DNA of 64,000 nucleotides from Chrysomallon squamiferum (taxonomy: Eukaryota > Animalia > Mollusca): positions 10,602,001-10,666,000 of the forward strand of contig CM022668.1 in NCBI GenBank assembly GCA_012295275.1. The letters are read 5' to 3'. Numbering within the stretch: the stretch's first letter is position 1; each line of letters opens with the position of its first letter. Below are positions 61,701 to 64,000 of this stretch, piece by piece. The translations under genes and the position numbers were made by a program. Under the pieces are notes generated by a model. The model ran no database searches. It had not been told where the DNA came from and worked only from the letters and a program-made list of their open reading frames with translations.

Positions 61701-63601
61701 GTTTTTAATTAATAACAGTATATATATATTCGGATTTCATTTTAAATATATTACTTGTATATGTTTTAATTAAAATAAGTACAAAATTGTCCTTTACAAA
61801 CCCTTATAAATGTGATTTCATTTAAAAAAATAAAGGCTCCAGAAATAAATGTAAATCACGAAGACAAATACCATTTAAATTTGATTTTATAAAAAAAATT
61901 AAGGTTCCAGAAATAAATGTAAATGTTGAAGATAAATACCATTTACACAGTCAGGTAACTGATATCCGTCCAAACAGCCGTTAGTGCAGTTTCCATAGAA
62001 AATGTCACAAGTTGAATCACCAGAACAGTTTCGAGAATCACACGATGTGATACAGTTGTACCCGTATGTACCACTGCACTCTGAAAACAGCAACAACAAC
62101 AACAACAACAACAAATATTCAACATAAGTATGTCACAAATGTATATCAGGAAATATAATCATATATCTTTTCACGCATCCATCTATCTGTCTTTACGGAT
62201 CAATATATCGATCTGTCTAGCTGTCTAACCATCTATCTGTCTGTCTGTTTGTCTGTCTGTAGGTCCATCTATCTATCTGTTTGCCTTTCTCTATTTCTCA
62301 ACCTGTCTTTGTGTCTGTTCGCCTGTCTGTCTATTTATCTGTCTCTTCATCTTTCTGTATTACTCAGTGTACGTATCTGTCAGTGTGTGTATCTGTTTAT
62401 CTGTCTGTCTACCTGTAAGTCTAAATGTCTGTCTCTCTGACGTGTTTCTGTGACTTGTGCGATGCTGCTTTTCTTTAAACTTAACAATCTTTTAATCCTC
62501 TTTCTCTCTGTATGTTTAAATGTCAAGAAGCATTCGTCTATTTCCACACAACTAGAAAATTAAAACTAATTAATTATATCTACATGTATCTGTATTTATA
62601 TTTAACAATTTAAAGTAAAATACAAACCAACTGTACAGTCCAGTGACTGATAACCTCGATCACATCCAAACTCACACTTTCCTGTCACGTGATCACATGA
62701 GCTGCTTTTCAGACAGTGTCGTTTACCGCAGACAAATTTACAATTTTGTCCATACCTACTATCCTGACATCCTGATAAAAAAAAAAAAAAAAAAAAAAAT
62801 AGCCAATATTCTCTTCCAGTTAGGAAATAAAGGAAAATATCGTAAAGAAAATGTAAAAAATAAAAAAAAAAAGTATAAAGAAAAGAAAAATTAAAAAAAC
62901 GAAATTTTTTAATAAAATGTATTTACTTTGTGTACAGTCAGTTCCTGTCCATCCTGGTTCACAGCCATTGTCACACTTTCCTGTGACACTGTCACACGAT
63001 GATGTTCCACTGGTTTGATCACAGTGTCTGCTAGAACAGTGAGAACCACACAGTACACCATAGTGACTTGAATCACACACTGAAAAACACATTTGTAAAA
63101 GGATTAAAATAAATATTAAAACTGTAATTTAAAAAAGCAAAATGTTTTAGACTTCAGTAAATCATGTTTTCATTCTGTGTTTTATTTCTTTCTTCATTGT
63201 CTTTTTTCCTGTTTTTTTGTATGATACAGAAAAGGAAAGACTTAAATATATACAATTAGAAATAAAAAATATATAAATAAAAAGGAGATCTATAGAAACT
63301 TACAAAAGAGATAACTATTCTGTATTTTGTTATCTCTAACAAAAATAAATTTTATAAGCTATGATTATTATTATTATTATTATTATTATTATTGTAGTTG
63401 TTGTTGACATTGATGGTGTTGTGGATTTTCTAAGTGTTGATGTTACTGTTTTGTTGCTGTTGTTGTTTTTACCGTCGCAGTGTGTTCCAGTCCAGTTTTG
63501 TTGACATCCTCCAGTACATTCTCCAGTGACGTAGTGACACGTGTTTTCTTTACAGTGACAAAACTTTGTACAGTTCTCTCCAAACGTACCAGTGTCACAA
63601 A
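58736..63601 (-). CDS. Receptor copy F: EGF1-8, TM and tail with an early stop; 5' exons beyond the window
   Basis: Frame-preserving exons: EGF1 63473-63601, EGF2 62927-63079, EGF3 62628-62771, EGF4 61940-62080, EGF5 61423-61569, EGF6 60996-61139, EGF7 60491-60634, EGF8 59944-60087, TM 59560-59671, tail 58736-59027 with in-frame TGA at 58922-58924 after GHYENVEGEN. Confidence 0.88.
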
Positions 63602-64000
63602 CTGAAATAACAACAACAACAATAATAACAATAATAATAATAATAATAACAGAACAAAAACAATAATGAAGCAGTAACAGTAATTATAACAATAACAATA
63701 ATAACAGTGATGACAATAATGATTGTGAAGATAATACTAATAATAATTATTAAAATTACAACAGCAACACTAACAGTGAAACATAATATCTGATTTATCG
63801 TAATAAGATGAGAGATAAAAGTGATTAACTTTCATTATTGTATAATTGTTTTTATTTTCTGTAATAAAATATATAAAGTATGCATACACACAAGACACAC
63901 ACAAACACATACATTATTTAGCATTATAGATATGTAGATTATATTTTTCCAACGTAAGTAAAGAAGAAAGGGAAATGTATTTTTAAACATTATTGAATGC

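Overview
AT-rich, microsatellite-dense, intron-rich animal genomic DNA; an invertebrate, probably a mollusc, is my inference from the gene content. Bases 1-4972 hold a rearranged Ty3/Gypsy LTR retrotransposon on the minus strand, with PNMA-like gag, a -1 frameshift signal, protease, LTR, PBS and PPT. The rest is a tandem and inverted cluster of at least 6-7 paralogous single-pass receptor genes or fragments. They share one ectodomain plan: signal peptide - EGF - F-type-lectin/galactose-binding-like (FTP) domain - 4 to 8 Cys-rich EGF/laminin-EGF (MEGF10/SREC-like) modules, each on a symmetric phase-1 exon. Most copies (A, B, E, F) end in a TM helix and a short Tyr-motif tail ending in an ITAM-like YxxL-x9-YxxI. 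Copy C (31803-46355, +) joins a nearly identical ectodomain to a different TM and a tandem receptor tyrosine phosphatase (intact D1, dead D2). Divergence among paralogs concentrates in the lectin loops while EGF exons are near-identical. The best candidate for an undescribed system is a diversified paired activating/inhibitory lectin-receptor locus. Several copies carry stops, indels or deletions, and there is a 200-N gap, so some rearrangements may be assembly artefacts. Exon coordinates and translations were read by hand.
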